Notes under the pieces: model-generated
Told to the model about the DNA's origin: nothing
What the model saw: the letters and a program-made list of their open reading frames with translations, nothing else
Database searches by the model: none
Position numbers and translations under genes: made by a program
Source: Amoebidium appalachense
Lineage: Eukaryota; Protista; Ichthyosporea
NCBI GenBank assembly: GCA_963693365.1
Contig: CAVNZM010000003.1
Span: 6,579,448 to 6,643,447 of the forward strand
Direction of reading: 5' to 3'
Length of the DNA stretch: 64,000 nt
Part shown: in pieces, positions 63,017-64,000 of the stretch
Position numbering within the stretch: position 1 is the stretch's first letter
How the letters are laid out: the number at the start of each line of letters is the position of its first letter

Positions 63017-64000
63017 TTGTATGTGTCTTGAAGGATTCCCAAATGGCACACCTATTTATGAGGCTGCCACCATTCATAATGCCATTATGTGTGCATATGA
63101 GTATGTATTATAGTTTTGGGGGGAAGGGGGAGGGGTATTTCATATTGAACCTGCATTTACCCCCCCCTCCCCACCCCCTCCCCACCCCCTCCCCCCCCCC
63201 CCCCCGGCCTCAATCCCCATCTACAGTAGACGCTCGCTTCAGTTTTATCATGTGCAATCGTATGAAATGAGCTTTGATTTTTTCAGCCAGAAAACATGCA
63301 AAAGAGATGGACCCATTCTGTTTATTCATTGGTTGTAACCTTACAGGCTGGAGTAACACAGTTCCTCTGGGATGCACTTAAAGGCAACACCCGCTATGTC
63401 TACGGCCCGGCAGTTTTTCATGCAGTGATCGAGCTTTTAGGTGCGGGGCAAGATGCATTGAGCAATCCAATGACCTGCAAAGGCCGCCCAAAGACGAAAA
63501 ACACAAAAACATGAAAAACATGAAACGTGACAACGTGAACGCATCGTACAACAATGCAATCACTCCGGAGTTGGTTGAAGTGGCGAATAAATGCACGGGG
63601 CGAGTGCGCAGTCTTCTTACAGAGGAAGTGTACTACGCCTGGCAGTAATGAAGATCGTGCACTAAGCCTGTGCCAAGCAAAACGCTTGCGTGCTGGTTGA
63701 TTCGCTTGAAGATGCAGAAATTTGCGTTATGGTTGAGTCTAACCCATGCTCCTATCGAAGCGCCGTCATATTTGCAACGACGTTGATCTTAGAGGGCAAG
63801 GCCAATGTGTTGGCTACTGGCCGGATCGGGTATGGGCAAATTTGAACGATGCTTCCCACCACACCACCACACACAAGAGTTAATGTCTTTAGTAATGGCG
63901 CTGTGGAATACGTCGAACAAGGAGATTTTACGTTTGGACGAAGGCGATCGGGCTAGATCCTGGGATTCGTTATTACAGACAGCACCACAGGGTCTGTGGG
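60820..64000 (+). pseudogene. Possible decayed multi-exon gene of unknown family running off the window end
   Basis: Non-repetitive blocks bounded by AG / gtaagc signals (~61175-61376, ~61761-61915, from ~63287) with coding-like stretches (YHQPVPYVIGNRSPFYLKALTWLG; VLVDSLEDAEICVMVESNPCSY) broken by stops and frameshifts. Confidence 0.3.

Overview
Eukaryotic, intron-rich genomic DNA saturated with microsatellites ((CA)n/(TG)n, (CT)n/(GA)n) and poly-C/poly-G runs; almost all of the supplied six-frame ORFs are repeat artefacts. The organism cannot be named from sequence alone (a unicellular opisthokont such as an ichthyosporean or an early fungus is only a guess). Genes I could reconstruct by hand: a two-exon ricin-B-lectin protein (-, 15167-18138); an intronless 967-aa type-I membrane protein with ricin-B, TSP1 repeats, a furin-like site, a TM helix and a cytoplasmic CBM20 (-, 23017-25920); the splicing factor WBP11 (-, 28758-38872); a 12-exon TerD-C2 fusion that needs a GC-AG intron (+, ~41833-52805); and an intronless pirin (-, 55258-56307). 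There are also an orphan multi-exon gene with a decayed inverted paralogue, a decayed duplicate of the ricin gene, two 5'-truncated copies of a non-LTR retrotransposon lacking a terminal poly(A) (one nested, with a TSD, in a TIR element), a CAC...GTG/4-bp-TSD Chapaev-like DNA element, and several minisatellites. The most striking signals are the extracellular-adhesin/intracellular-CBM20 architecture and a recurrent nested arrangement of complementary simple repeats (C-run..TG..CA..G-run) inside introns.
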